The notes under the pieces: generated by a model
The model's input: the letters and a program-made list of their open reading frames with translations, nothing else
Told to the model about the DNA's origin: nothing
Databases searched by the model: none
DNA from: Elusimicrobia bacterium UBA5214
GTDB taxonomy: Bacteria; Elusimicrobiota; UBA5214
Direction of reading: 5' to 3'
DNA length: 63,934 nucleotides
NCBI GenBank assembly: GCA_002412545.1
Contig: DHVG01000002.1
Coordinates: 52,662 to 116,595 of the forward strand
Shown: piece by piece, positions 36,031 to 45,627 of the stretch
How the letters are laid out: each line of letters starts with the position of its first letter
How positions within the stretch are numbered: the stretch's first letter is position 1
Program-made: the position numbers and the translations under genes

Positions 36031-36719
36031 AAAAAATTTTTCTTCTTTTGCTTTGCTTTTTCTTCTGTTCTTGCGTGCCTGTAAAAAAAGTGGCGGAAGA
36101 TTTCACAAGTACACAAATTGTTTGCGTTTGGTTGGATGCTACCGGCAGCTTCCGCGTTTGCAAAGACAGGATGCTTCAAGATTTCAGTAATGGTGTGCGT
36201 AATCTTTTGCTGAAGAAAAATCCTTTCCAAAAGCATCACCTTTTTATTGGAATTATAGGTGAAGAACCAATGAGCTTGCTTGCGACTGAGCTTTCTCAAA
36301 ACACTTGGCAGGAAATTTTACAGATTCTGAAATTCGTTAAGGATTTGGAATTACCCATTGAGTGCGCAACAGATATCTACGGAACCTATGAGTACACAGA
36401 GGCATATCTACGCAGATATTGCAGAGCGAACAAAATTTCTGCAGAAAAACTCAAATGTGCTCTCATCTATTACTCAGACATGGGGCATAGGGCTAAAAGG
36501 AATCAGCCAGGACTCGAAACATTTTCTTATTTGCCTTTTTGCCGCGTATCAATTATCTTTGCACCCGGAGAACTGCATCCGGATATCCAAGCAAGGGAAT
36601 TGCAAGAACAAGAAGAATTTCTTTCAAAACTCGGGTTGCATTTTTCAGCTGTTTTTCCTCCAAGCACTCTGCTGAGCCAGGAAGAAAGTTTACTCGAGAA
36701 ATGTTTGAAGAAACTTTAA
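36027..36719 (+). CDS. Lipoprotein with vWA-like motifs
   Basis: MKKIFLLLLCFFFCSC lipobox-like signal; WLDATGS, ATDIYG, YYSDM resemble MIDAS residues. Confidence 0.55.
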   Translation: MKKIFLLLLCFFFCSCVPVKKVAEDFTSTQIVCVWLDATGSFRVCKDRMLQDFSNGVRNLLLKKNPFQKHHLFIGIIGEEPMSLLATELSQNTWQEILQILKFVKDLELPIECATDIYGTYEYTEAYLRRYCRANKISAEKLKCALIYYSDMGHRAKRNQPGLETFSYLPFCRVSIIFAPGELHPDIQARELQEQEEFLSKLGLHFSAVFPPSTLLSQEESLLEKCLKKL

Positions 36720-36953
36720 GTGGTGGTGATGGCAATGAGATGCAAATGCGGCAGTTTCGTAGTTTTCGCGTCAACCAACGGCAAAAGAGTAAAAATAGTT
36801 AACGAGGAAATTGATGTCGACCTTGAGGACAGTGTTCTCGGTGATTTTTCCTCTTTCTGTTGTGGCTGTTGCTCGAGTCAAGATATAGAAGGTATTGATG
36901 CATTCCTGAGGAAAACGCGGGGTGAAAATTTTGGCGGAATTGGAAAGCATTAA
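36720..36953 (+). CDS. Small Cys-rich (zinc-ribbon-like) protein
   Basis: MRCKCGS...FCCGCCSS. Confidence 0.45.
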   Translation: MVVMAMRCKCGSFVVFASTNGKRVKIVNEEIDVDLEDSVLGDFSSFCCGCCSSQDIEGIDAFLRKTRGENFGGIGKH

Positions 36954-37170
36954 AAAGATGGGAACAGAGAAATCAGCAAAAGAAAGAAAAAACGGAAAAA
37001 TAAGAATTGTTTCTGTCAGATATGTTGAAATGCCAAACACACAAGCAAGGTTTGAAAAGGCAATAAGGTTGATTCTTCGCGAAAAAGAAGAAACATCAAT
37101 CGTGGAAAAATTATTATCACCCCAGTCAGAAAGAAATTTGGCAAAACAGTCTTCTTCTGGAAAGCACTGA
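36922..37170 (+). CDS. Hypothetical protein
   Basis: 82-aa ORF in operon orientation. Confidence 0.4.
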   Translation: MKILAELESIKKMGTEKSAKERKNGKIRIVSVRYVEMPNTQARFEKAIRLILREKEETSIVEKLLSPQSERNLAKQSSSGKH

Positions 37171-37216
37171 GGCAGACTTGAATGCTGAAATCTGCAAAAT
37201 TTTTTTTGGAAAACTC

Positions 37217-37245
37217 TTGACAAATTTGCATAGGTATTATAAAAT
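37217..37245 (+). promoter_or_regulatory. sigma70 promoter
   Basis: TTGACA-N17-TAAAAT immediately before the MerR-type gene. Confidence 0.7.
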
Positions 37246-37461
37246 TTGACCGTGGCAGATAAAAAGATTCATATTTGCAAGGATGTGTTGAAGGCTCTCG
37301 GAATCTGTAAAAGAACGCTAATAAACTGGGAAAAAGCCGGCAAGTTACCAAAGCCGAAGCGGGATGCGATAAGCAACTACCGCTATTACACAGAAGCCGA
37401 TGTGAAGAAGCTCAAGAAAATAGGAAAAAAGTATGTTAGATATAGTAGCAGAAGTAAATAA
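37246..37461 (+). CDS. MerR-type HTH protein (candidate excisionase/directionality factor)
   Basis: LGICKRTLINWEKAGKLPKPKRDAISNYRYYTEADV; lies near the recombinase; GTG 37252 is the likely start. Confidence 0.75.
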   Translation: MTVADKKIHICKDVLKALGICKRTLINWEKAGKLPKPKRDAISNYRYYTEADVKKLKKIGKKYVRYSSRSK

Positions 37462-37798
37462 TTTCAAGGAGCAGGCAAAGAAAAATTTGTTGCAAGACGG
37501 AAAGGTTGTGCCTGTTGTGTTTGGCATTCTACCAAGCGGTGAAGCAATTGGTGTGCCTTTGAGTTTCAAGGACGCTGAGGAGAAACACGAGCAGTTTTCT
37601 TCTTTGGAGAAGTTTTTCAAGCAAAAAGGCGTTACGGCATGCGTAACAGTTCTTGAAAGCTGGCTTGTGCTTGGCGACGAAGAAAAAATATTGAAAGTTC
37701 CTCCTTCAGAGCATCCGGAAAGGAAGGAATGCATATGCGTTAATGGCAAAATGCCCGGCAGAACATATACAGTAGCAATACCCTTTGAAAGAAGATGA
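37433..37798 (+). CDS. Hypothetical protein
   Basis: 121 aa; ESW...PSEHPERKE motif. Confidence 0.55.
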   Translation: MLDIVAEVNNFKEQAKKNLLQDGKVVPVVFGILPSGEAIGVPLSFKDAEEKHEQFSSLEKFFKQKGVTACVTVLESWLVLGDEEKILKVPPSEHPERKECICVNGKMPGRTYTVAIPFERR

Positions 37799-37918
37799 AA
37801 TGCTTTTGAATTCAAAGAAGAAATTGTTTGGGATAGTGCAAGCGGTTGTCAATTGGAAGACAACCTGATGAGAGAATTGTTTTTTGATTTTCACTAAGAA
37901 ACAAGAGGTGACGCAAGG

Positions 37919-39484
37919 ATGAATGAAAGTCTTGAAGAGAACAATGCAACATATGTGGCTGCGTATGTTCGGGTTTCGACTGACGAACAAGCAGAGAAGG
38001 GAACAGGAATTGTAACGCAGAAAAAAACAATAGAGGGATTTTGCGAAAGAGCCAAGCTTCGGATCTATGACTTCTATGAAGACGAACGCAGCGGTGCTTC
38101 TCTCGAAAGGCCTGGTTTGAGAAGACTGCTTGAAGATGCTGAAAAAGGAAAATTCAAGGTAGTGTTGGTTTACAAAACTGACAGGTTAAGCAGAAGCATA
38201 AAAGATATCGTAAGACTTGTGCTTGATGATTTCGAAAGGCTCGGACTAACATTCAAATCAGCAACAGAACCTTATGACACTTCAACAGCAGCGGGAAGAA
38301 TGTTTTTTGTCCAGCTTGGTGGCTTCGCTGATTTTGAAAGGGAATTAATTCGAGAAAGAACAAGGTCCGGCAAGCTCAACACGGCTTTGAAGGGAAAATG
38401 GGTGGGCAGCATACTTCCCTTTGGCTATAAAAAGGACAGTGAAGGCTACTTGGTGCCTGACCATGAGGAGGTAGAAATATATAAGAAGATAGTTTCGTGG
38501 TGCCTAGAAGGGAATAGCACGCTGAAAATAGCAAGAAAATTGAATGAACTTGGCATACCGACAGAAAGGTCGAAACATTCATCTAGAGCAAAGAATTTTA
38601 AATGGAAGCCAGGCACGGTTTATAGAATTCTTACAAATCCCTTGTACAAGGGTTGCTTTAAATATCGCGGTCATGAGATAAAAGTTCCTGCCTTGATTTC
38701 AGAGCAAGATTTTGAGCTTGTGAAAAAACAGTTAGATTCTAACTATAACAATGCGGGAAGAAACAACAAAGTGCATTTTTATCTGCTACGTGGCTTGCTA
38801 TACTGCAAAAAGTGTGAGAGAAAACTTTTTGGATACATAAAGCCAAGCAGAGGCATGAGGGTGTATTGCTGCTTGAGCAAAAGAGCAGACCCTGACCCAA
38901 GGTTTTGCGGCTTGAAAAATGTTAATATTGACAAGCTAAACAATGCTGTTTGGGAAAACGTAAAGGAAATGCTGAAGAATTCCCAAAAGCTGAGGGAGGC
39001 AATAAAGCGGCATAGAAACAGCGCTATTGTCGACAGGGCAATTCTCGAGGCAAAACTGAAAAAAATAAACAGAGATATAGAAGCAAACAAGCAGGAAACA
39101 GATGCTACTCTTGACCTCTACATAAAGGCAAAAAAACTGACAGTAGAGCAACTTGACGAAAGGATAGGAAAGATAAAAGAAGAAAGGGATGAACTTTTGA
39201 AAAGAAGAGAAAGCATACTTGAAAGAATTGCGAAGGCAAAAGAGGCAAAAACCACTCTGGAAAAGGTAGAAAGATTTGCTTCAGAAATAAGCAAGAATCT
39301 TGACAGTTACACAGAGCAGGAAAAATACGACCTTCTCCATACCATAGTGAGCAAGATTATTGTTGACTATGATGCTGACACAGACATGCACTCGATTGAG
39401 ATAGAAGGAATGATACCGGTCTTTGAAGAAAAAGCGCAAAAAGAGGAAAGTCCAATTGCATCAATGCAGAGGATATTGCCTTAA
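37919..39484 (+). CDS. Large serine recombinase (integrase)
   Basis: [26 protein letters not shown] recombinase domain, CKKC zinc ribbon, coiled coil. Confidence 0.95.
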   Translation: MNESLEENNATYVAAYVRVSTDEQAEKGTGIVTQKKTIEGFCERAKLRIYDFYEDERSGASLERPGLRRLLEDAEKGKFKVVLVYKTDRLSRSIKDIVRLVLDDFERLGLTFKSATEPYDTSTAAGRMFFVQLGGFADFERELIRERTRSGKLNTALKGKWVGSILPFGYKKDSEGYLVPDHEEVEIYKKIVSWCLEGNSTLKIARKLNELGIPTERSKHSSRAKNFKWKPGTVYRILTNPLYKGCFKYRGHEIKVPALISEQDFELVKKQLDSNYNNAGRNNKVHFYLLRGLLYCKKCERKLFGYIKPSRGMRVYCCLSKRADPDPRFCGLKNVNIDKLNNAVWENVKEMLKNSQKLREAIKRHRNSAIVDRAILEAKLKKINRDIEANKQETDATLDLYIKAKKLTVEQLDERIGKIKEERDELLKRRESILERIAKAKEAKTTLEKVERFASEISKNLDSYTEQEKYDLLHTIVSKIIVDYDADTDMHSIEIEGMIPVFEEKAQKEESPIASMQRILP

Positions 39485-40191
39485 TTGGTGGTGGAACTTA
39501 TCCGAAGCCCGGTGAAGTATCTTTAGCCAATCACGGTGTCTTATTCCTTGATGAATTACCCGAATTTCATCGTAATGTTTTAGAAGTTTTGCGACAACCG
39601 ATGGAAGAAGGTAATGTAACTATTTCCCGGGCAGTAAGTGCGATAACTTATCCGGCGAGATTTACGCTGGTTTGTGCGCTGAATCCTTGTCCCTGTGGTT
39701 ATTTTGGTCATCCCTTAAGGGAATGCACCTGTACACCTTTCCAAATCCAGAAATATATGAATAAGATTTCCGGACCTTTACTTGACCGGATTGATATCCA
39801 TATTGAAGTTCCCGCATTGAAAGTTCAAGAAATAATTGTCTCATCCGAAAATCCCACTGATAAAATGGATAGTGAACCGTCAGAAAAAATACGTGGACGA
39901 GTAGTTAAGGCACGAAGAATACAACAACACCGTTATAACAATGAGAAAAATATTTATGCTAATGCTCATCTTACCCCGAAGTTAATCAAAAAATATTGTC
40001 CGATTGATAAGGAAGGTGAGAATTTACTCAAGAATGCAATTGAACGACTTGGTCTCTCGGCACGTGCTTATGACCGGATTCTCAAAGTTGCAAGGACAAT
40101 CGCTGACCTGGAAGAAAAGGATAATATTGAGTCACAACATTTAGCCGAAGCAATCCAGTATCGTTCTTTAGACCGCAGTTTCTGGGTTTAA
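39472..40191 (+). pseudogene. comM: 3' half of comM/yifB Mg-chelatase-like ATPase, disrupted by the element
   Basis: In frame from 39472: [32 protein letters not shown]...LRQPMEEG...NPCPCG...[10 protein letters not shown]...[19 protein letters not shown]; N-terminal half absent. Confidence 0.9.
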
Positions 40192-40388
40192 TGAAGCTCC
40201 CCGCCCCAAGGGGCGGGTTATCGGAGCGGAATTCTTCCTCGGTAGACCACCTGTGCCTGCGACACCTGTGCAGGCATCACAGGTGCAGGCATGACCTATC
40301 GGCAGGCAAAACTAAGCGGGGGTGTTCTCCTCGCCTTCATCCTCACCCCGATGTTACATTGGGGAGTATTCGGCGGAGGAGAATAAAA
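40190..40388. repeat. MITE/REP-like palindromic element, copy 1
   Basis: Closely similar in reverse complement to ~63102-63275; internal CCTGTGCCTGCGACACCTGTGCAGGC palindromic units. Confidence 0.75.
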
Positions 40389-40391
40389 CCC

Positions 40392-40491
40392 TTTACAAAA
40401 GACAATAAATGTATTATAATATAATTGAGATATAGATTAAGAAAAAAATTTTTCAATTTGACTTGACAAATAAAAATCTTTAAAATATAAT
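40392..40491 (+). promoter_or_regulatory. Tandem sigma70 promoters for the V/A-ATPase operon
   Basis: TTTACA-N17-TATAAT (40392-40420) and TTGACA-N17-TATAAT (40463-40491). Confidence 0.7.
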
Positions 40492-40500
40492 TCAAGAATT

Positions 40501-40872
40501 ATGACTGAAAAAGGACACGAAGTAGAAAAAATAAAATTACACCGGCAAATTGCGGAAGGTACGGCTACGCCTTTAGTGCGTTTGAGAGAAAAAGAATTGG
40601 AATTGCAGGGTAAACTTATGGAGGCGAGAAAGGAAGCAGAGATAATTGTTGCCGAGGCGAGGAAAAAGGCGACTGAAATTAAGCGCCGGGCAGAAGAAGA
40701 AGCAATAATTGAGGCACAGAAATACTATCAGGGAGAAGTTGAAAAAACGCGTAAAGAAGCAGAAGAAATAAGAAAAACCGTAAAAAAAGATATTGACCAG
40801 ATTAAAAAAGTAGGCGAAAAGAATTTACAAAAAGCAGTTGACCTGGTCACAAAAATAGTTATTCCCGGATAA
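40501..40872 (+). CDS. V/A-type ATP synthase subunit H (G)
   Basis: Charged coiled coil EARKEAEIIVAEARKKA; first gene of the operon. Confidence 0.8.
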   Translation: MTEKGHEVEKIKLHRQIAEGTATPLVRLREKELELQGKLMEARKEAEIIVAEARKKATEIKRRAEEEAIIEAQKYYQGEVEKTRKEAEEIRKTVKKDIDQIKKVGEKNLQKAVDLVTKIVIPG

Positions 40873-40904
40873 ACGGACAATATTTAGAAGGGAGAAAAAT
40901 AGAA

Positions 40905-42875
40905 ATGATTACCAGAATGGCCAAAGTAGAAATTATTGGTCCCAAGGTACATTTTTTTGATTGTCTTGGTGTTTTACATCATTTAGGTATTCTCCATATT
41001 GAACAAGTAGTGCATCGTAGTGAAGAAGAAAAGACACTTTTTCGTCCGATGGTTCATGACCCAGAACATGCCGAACAACTTAAACAATTAGAAGGTCTCT
41101 CTACCCGGGTCAATTCTACTCTCGCTCATCTTCCGGCCGAAAAAATTGACCACAGTAAAAAAGAATTACTCTATAAAGAACTTTGGAGAGAAAGCAGTGC
41201 GGATATGGCTAAAGAAATTGATAGTGCAATTACCGGTATGGAGGAACAAATCAGGAATTTAGCCAGTGAAAAATACAATCTGGAAATGGAAATAGCCACC
41301 TTGTCAAAATACGAACCGATGCTGGCAAAAATACATCCTTTAACCAGGCATTTAAAAACATATGAAGGTTTTGAATCAATCGCTCTTTTAGTTGACCGTA
41401 AATTCAAAGCTGGACTTGATGAATTGAAAGAAGAACTGGAAAAAATTACTAAAAAACAATGTGAACTGATCACTGCTGACCTTGACGAAGAAACTACCGG
41501 AGCGATTGTAGTTTTCAATCGGCTTTATACTAAAGCAGTGCACGATTTTCTTTCTTTGGAAAATGTTACCCAGGTGCGTCTGCCGCCGGATTTAGCAAAG
41601 ATGCATTTTGAGGATGCTTTAGCTACGGTTCGGGAGAAATCAAAGAATATACCTGTAGAATTGGAAAAAATTAACCGCCAGTTGAAAGAGATATCCGAGA
41701 GTTGGTATCTGCGCTTAGTGACCATTGCGGAAATACTGCGGAATAAAGTTGAAGAAATAAAGTTGATTCCCAAATTTGGTGAAACGAATTATGCTTTTGT
41801 AATTACTGGCTGGATGCCAAAAAAAGATATACCCTGGTGTAAGGATACTTTAGAAAAAGAATTTTCCGGTAGGGTTTATCTCCATGAAGTAAAACTTACT
41901 TCCCATGAATGGGAAGAGGCACCGGTTGCTCTAAGTAATCCGAAATTAGTGAAACCATTTGAATTCTTTTATAAACTTGTGGGTATACCCAAATACGGGA
42001 CAGTTGACCCGACTTTCTTTTTAACTTTCTTTTTCCCCTTTTTATTTGGAATGATTATTGGTGATACTGGTTACGGGTTGGTTATGCTTTTTACCAGTAT
42101 CTGGTTAAAGAAAAAATATGTCGGCCGTCCATTTACCCAGACATTAGCCAGTATAATGCGTCTCGCATCAATAAGTACAATTATCTGGGGTATTCTTTTC
42201 TTTGAACTATTTGGTAATTTAGGAGAAAAAATCATCCACGCGTTACATATACCGATGCCCCATTTTGAACTTTTTGGTGTTCTTACTTTACCCTTGTTGC
42301 GGGAGAGAGCAATTTTACCGTTACTGGTGATTGCCATTGCGGTAGGAATACTCCATGTCGGCATCGGATTGATTTTTGGTATCATCAATGGAATACAGGA
42401 ACATCAACCCAAGCATTCCTTTGAGAAAGCTGGGTTATTTTCAATATTTGTATTTGGACCTTTAGTTCTTCTCGTGGGGATAATGACTAAAAGTTTCTTA
42501 GTTAAAATAGGTGGATTGCTAATTGTTCTCGGAGTAGGGGCTACTGCCTACGGAGGTAGTGTAAAAGGAATCATCGAAATTTTTGGTACACTAAGTAATA
42601 TTTTTTCCTACGCTCGTCTTATGGCTTTGGGAGTAGCCGGAGCGATTCTTGCCAGTGTTTCCAATGAATTGGCCAAAGAAATTGGTGGGATTGGTGGGAT
42701 GGTTGCTTCGGCTCTGGGTATTTTTTTAGCGGTTTTCCTGCATTCAATTAATGTGGTTTTACACGGTCTTTCCGCATCAATACATTCGATGCGTTTAAAT
42801 TTGTTAGAAGCATTTACGAAGTTCTTTGAACCAGCGAAAAAGGTTTATCAACCTTTTCAGAGAAGCGAAATATAA
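40905..42875 (+). CDS. ntpI: V/A-type ATP synthase subunit I
   Basis: DPT...FGMIIGDTGYG, FSYARLMAL, IHSMRLNLLEAFTKFF. Confidence 0.95.
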   Translation: MITRMAKVEIIGPKVHFFDCLGVLHHLGILHIEQVVHRSEEEKTLFRPMVHDPEHAEQLKQLEGLSTRVNSTLAHLPAEKIDHSKKELLYKELWRESSADMAKEIDSAITGMEEQIRNLASEKYNLEMEIATLSKYEPMLAKIHPLTRHLKTYEGFESIALLVDRKFKAGLDELKEELEKITKKQCELITADLDEETTGAIVVFNRLYTKAVHDFLSLENVTQVRLPPDLAKMHFEDALATVREKSKNIPVELEKINRQLKEISESWYLRLVTIAEILRNKVEEIKLIPKFGETNYAFVITGWMPKKDIPWCKDTLEKEFSGRVYLHEVKLTSHEWEEAPVALSNPKLVKPFEFFYKLVGIPKYGTVDPTFFLTFFFPFLFGMIIGDTGYGLVMLFTSIWLKKKYVGRPFTQTLASIMRLASISTIIWGILFFELFGNLGEKIIHALHIPMPHFELFGVLTLPLLRERAILPLLVIAIAVGILHVGIGLIFGIINGIQEHQPKHSFEKAGLFSIFVFGPLVLLVGIMTKSFLVKIGGLLIVLGVGATAYGGSVKGIIEIFGTLSNIFSYARLMALGVAGAILASVSNELAKEIGGIGGMVASALGIFLAVFLHSINVVLHGLSASIHSMRLNLLEAFTKFFEPAKKVYQPFQRSEI

Positions 42876-42884
42876 ATCCTGAAG

Positions 42885-43080
42885 AAGAATCTTTGGGAGA
42901 ACACGCGCAAAAACGCCAAACACCTGTTCTAAACCAATTGGTCGCTTATGCTTTCCATCCGCCAGCGGGCGGACTTCAATGACGGAGTGTTTGGGCAGGT
43001 GGGCTGTAAACAAGAATAATTGAGAGTATTTTTTTGGCGCTTTTGCGGTCTTTTTTGTGGAGATTAGTTAGGTTTTTAAC
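42885..43080. repeat. Intergenic imperfect palindromic element
   Basis: CGCAAAAACGCCAAA / TTTGGCGCTTTTGCG arms around TCCGCC-agcg-GGCGGA. Confidence 0.5.
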
Positions 43081-43103
43081 AATCTTAAAATAAAAAGGAG
43101 GAG

Positions 43104-43463
43104 GTGATTGATTTGGTAGCAAAAGTATGGAGGAGATTATCTCTTGCAGTGGGAGCAATGCTGATGGCAGTGCCAGCAGTTTGGGCAGCCGCAGCAGAAA
43201 CTAAGGAAGCAGTTGCTTTAGCACCGGAAGTTTCCGCCGTAGCGTGGAAAACGCTCTGGGTTGTACTTGGGGCAATGGGAGCAATTGTTGGTAGTGCTTG
43301 GGCAACCGCTTTTGCTCAGGCGAAGATTGGTCCGGCGGGTGCGGGAGCAATGGCCGAAAAACCGGAAGTCGCTGGGACAGTTTTTATTATGGTCGCTATT
43401 CCGGAAACGATGGTCGTGCTTGGTTTCGTTATTGCGGCAATGATTATTTTGATGGTGAAATAG
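43104..43463 (+). CDS. ntpK: V/A-type ATP synthase subunit K (proteolipid)
   Basis: AQAKIGPAGAGAMAEKPE...VAIPETMVVLGF. Confidence 0.95.
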   Translation: MIDLVAKVWRRLSLAVGAMLMAVPAVWAAAAETKEAVALAPEVSAVAWKTLWVVLGAMGAIVGSAWATAFAQAKIGPAGAGAMAEKPEVAGTVFIMVAIPETMVVLGFVIAAMIILMVK

Positions 43464-43479
43464 AAAGGAGAAAAAAATC

Positions 43480-43566
43480 AGTTGATAAGGTGATACGGTG
43501 ATAAGTTGATAAGTGATAAGTAGAACTTTCCCGTATTAACCGATCAACTTATTAACTTATTAACTA
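43480..43566. repeat. Short-period tandem repeats with inverted counterpart
   Basis: gttgataag/gtgataag units followed by caacttattaacttattaac. Confidence 0.6.
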
Positions 43567-43571
43567 AAAAT

Positions 43572-44171
43572 ATGGGTTTAGAAGAAATCTTTCAAACTTT
43601 GGAGGAGGAAGGACAGAGAGAAAGGGCAGAAGTAATTAACAAGGCAAAAGAACAGGAAAAACGAATAATTGAAGAAGGGGAACGAGAAGCAAAAAAAATA
43701 AAAGACGAACAAATTGAAAAAATAAGCAGTTCTTTACGTCGTGAGCAAACTCGTATCCTTAGCGAAGCAAGATTAGCCAATCAAAGAGAAATAGTTAGAA
43801 CAAAAGAAGAAATCATCTCCAAGGTTTTTACAATTGTTAAAGAAAAAACAGCTCGTTTTCGGGAAGAGAGAAACTATCCTACCGTTTTTGAATCCCTATT
43901 TGAAGAAACCGTCCGCAATCTCCCTCTGGAAAGGGTGAAAATTGACTTTTTTATTGATAAGAGGGATACCAATTTAGCGCAAAAAATCTTAACAAAAACA
44001 AAAATTAATTACGAACTGTATCCGGATTTGCAATGCGCCGGTGGGCTAAAAATAAATGTTGACGGAGGAAAAATTACGATTGTCAATACCTTGGATTTAC
44101 GACTGGAGAAAGCGATTCAAGTCCTCCAGACCGAACTGCTTACTTTACTTTTCCCGGAGAGCAAAAATTAA
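43572..44171 (+). CDS. ntpE: V/A-type ATP synthase subunit E
   Basis: MGLEEI..., GGLKI...VNTLDLRL; operon position. Confidence 0.9.
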   Translation: MGLEEIFQTLEEEGQRERAEVINKAKEQEKRIIEEGEREAKKIKDEQIEKISSSLRREQTRILSEARLANQREIVRTKEEIISKVFTIVKEKTARFREERNYPTVFESLFEETVRNLPLERVKIDFFIDKRDTNLAQKILTKTKINYELYPDLQCAGGLKINVDGGKITIVNTLDLRLEKAIQVLQTELLTLLFPESKN

Positions 44172-44174
44172 CCA

Positions 44175-45284
44175 ATGACTTACCAAGTAAAGTTTGAAGA
44201 TTACGGTTATGCTAATGCTCGTGTGCGCGCGATGAAATCAGCACTTTTGAGTGAGGATTTTTATGAACACCTGATGAGAATTGATGACCCCAATGCGATT
44301 TTGGAAACTTTAGAGAAAACACCGTATAAAACAGAAATTGAAGAAGTAGCATTGCTGAAAACAACTACTTCCGAAATAATTGATGAAGCATTGAAAAGAA
44401 ATGTTGCTAAAACTTTCAATAAGGTAGCAACTTTTGTTGCCGGTGAGGCCGGGAAATTGGTGAAAGTGCTTCTTGCGCGCTGGGATTTACATAATCTGAA
44501 AACAATCCTGCGGGGTAAACACATTGGTGCGAACGAAGACGAAATTAGAGAAGGTCTTATCCCGGCAGGTGAACTTAATGAAGCTTTACTCAATGAATTG
44601 GTGCGGGCGATAGATGTTGCGAGTATCGTTGACCTTTTAGCCACCTGGGGGATAACCTATGCCCGTCCCTTAGTTGAGAATTTACCCCGCTATTTAGCTA
44701 AAAAAGAACTTCTAACTTTAGAAATTGCTTTGGATAAGTTCTACTACGAACAGGTTGCGCGGCAATCTCGCGGTGATTCACTGCATGCACGAATAGTTCA
44801 CGACTTGATGATTATGGAAATTGATATCCGTAATTTGGTCACTTTGCTTCGTTTGCAGGGAGTGAAATTTGAACTTAAGGGTGAAAAGGCAGAAGTTGAA
44901 AAACAGGTGAAAGAACAGATTGAGGTACTTTTTGTTCCGGGAGGTAAAGAAATAAAACTTGCCGATTTTATTAATTTAGCACGGAAGAAAGATGTAGAAG
45001 CGATATTAAAACATTTACGGAATACTTCTTATGGAAGTATTTTACGCAGTGGTATGGAACGGTATAAAGAAACCAATTCTCTCTCAATCTTAGAAAGGAA
45101 ATTGGAAGAATATTTAGCCCAGAAAGCAATCAGTACCTATCGTAAAGGACCGCTTTGTATCGGGATAATTGTCGGCTACCTCTGGATGAAATTTAGAGAA
45201 GTGGTAAATTTACGCATTATTACTCGTTGTAAAATTATGGGTGTACCGGAGAGAAAAATCCGGGAGGAATTAATCTTTGTTTAA
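44175..45284 (+). CDS. ntpC: V/A-type ATP synthase subunit C (d)
   Basis: DYGYANARVRAMKSALL, WDLHNLKTILRG, EVVNLRII. Confidence 0.9.
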   Translation: MTYQVKFEDYGYANARVRAMKSALLSEDFYEHLMRIDDPNAILETLEKTPYKTEIEEVALLKTTTSEIIDEALKRNVAKTFNKVATFVAGEAGKLVKVLLARWDLHNLKTILRGKHIGANEDEIREGLIPAGELNEALLNELVRAIDVASIVDLLATWGITYARPLVENLPRYLAKKELLTLEIALDKFYYEQVARQSRGDSLHARIVHDLMIMEIDIRNLVTLLRLQGVKFELKGEKAEVEKQVKEQIEVLFVPGGKEIKLADFINLARKKDVEAILKHLRNTSYGSILRSGMERYKETNSLSILERKLEEYLAQKAISTYRKGPLCIGIIVGYLWMKFREVVNLRIITRCKIMGVPERKIREELIFV

Positions 45285-45609
45285 ATTAACAATTCTTACT
45301 GACCCGGATACGGCTACCGGATTTAAATTATCCGGGGTAGATACTTATATTGCCAATGACCCCATGGAAGCAAGAAAGGTGCTCAATACTTTAATTAACG
45401 AAGATACCACGGGGATAATTGCGATAAATGAAGAATTTCTTAATGCGGTTGATGACCGCACCAGACAAAAAATTGATAATTTATACCGTCCAATAGTTGT
45501 CCCTTTACCGGTAAAAAAGAAAGTGATGCTCGCTGAAGAAAGGAGAGCATATCTTTCCCGTCTTATTCGCCGGGCAGTCGGTTTTGATTTAACTCTAAGG
45601 AGAAAATAA
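45277..45609 (+). CDS. V/A-type ATP synthase subunit F
   Basis: TDPDTATGFKLSGV, IRRAVGFD. Confidence 0.9.
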   Translation: MFKLTILTDPDTATGFKLSGVDTYIANDPMEARKVLNTLINEDTTGIIAINEEFLNAVDDRTRQKIDNLYRPIVVPLPVKKKVMLAEERRAYLSRLIRRAVGFDLTLRRK

Positions 45610-45627
45610 AAAGGGGTAGAGTAAAAA

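Noticed and set aside
39589-40191. Independent 200-aa gene as given in the ORF track
   Set aside because: comM homology continues in frame upstream to ~39472, so it is the 3' half of a split gene
40191-40424. 77-aa Arg/His-rich ORF (also 63090..63326 and 63104..63310)
   Set aside because: These are translations of the MITE-like repeat copies
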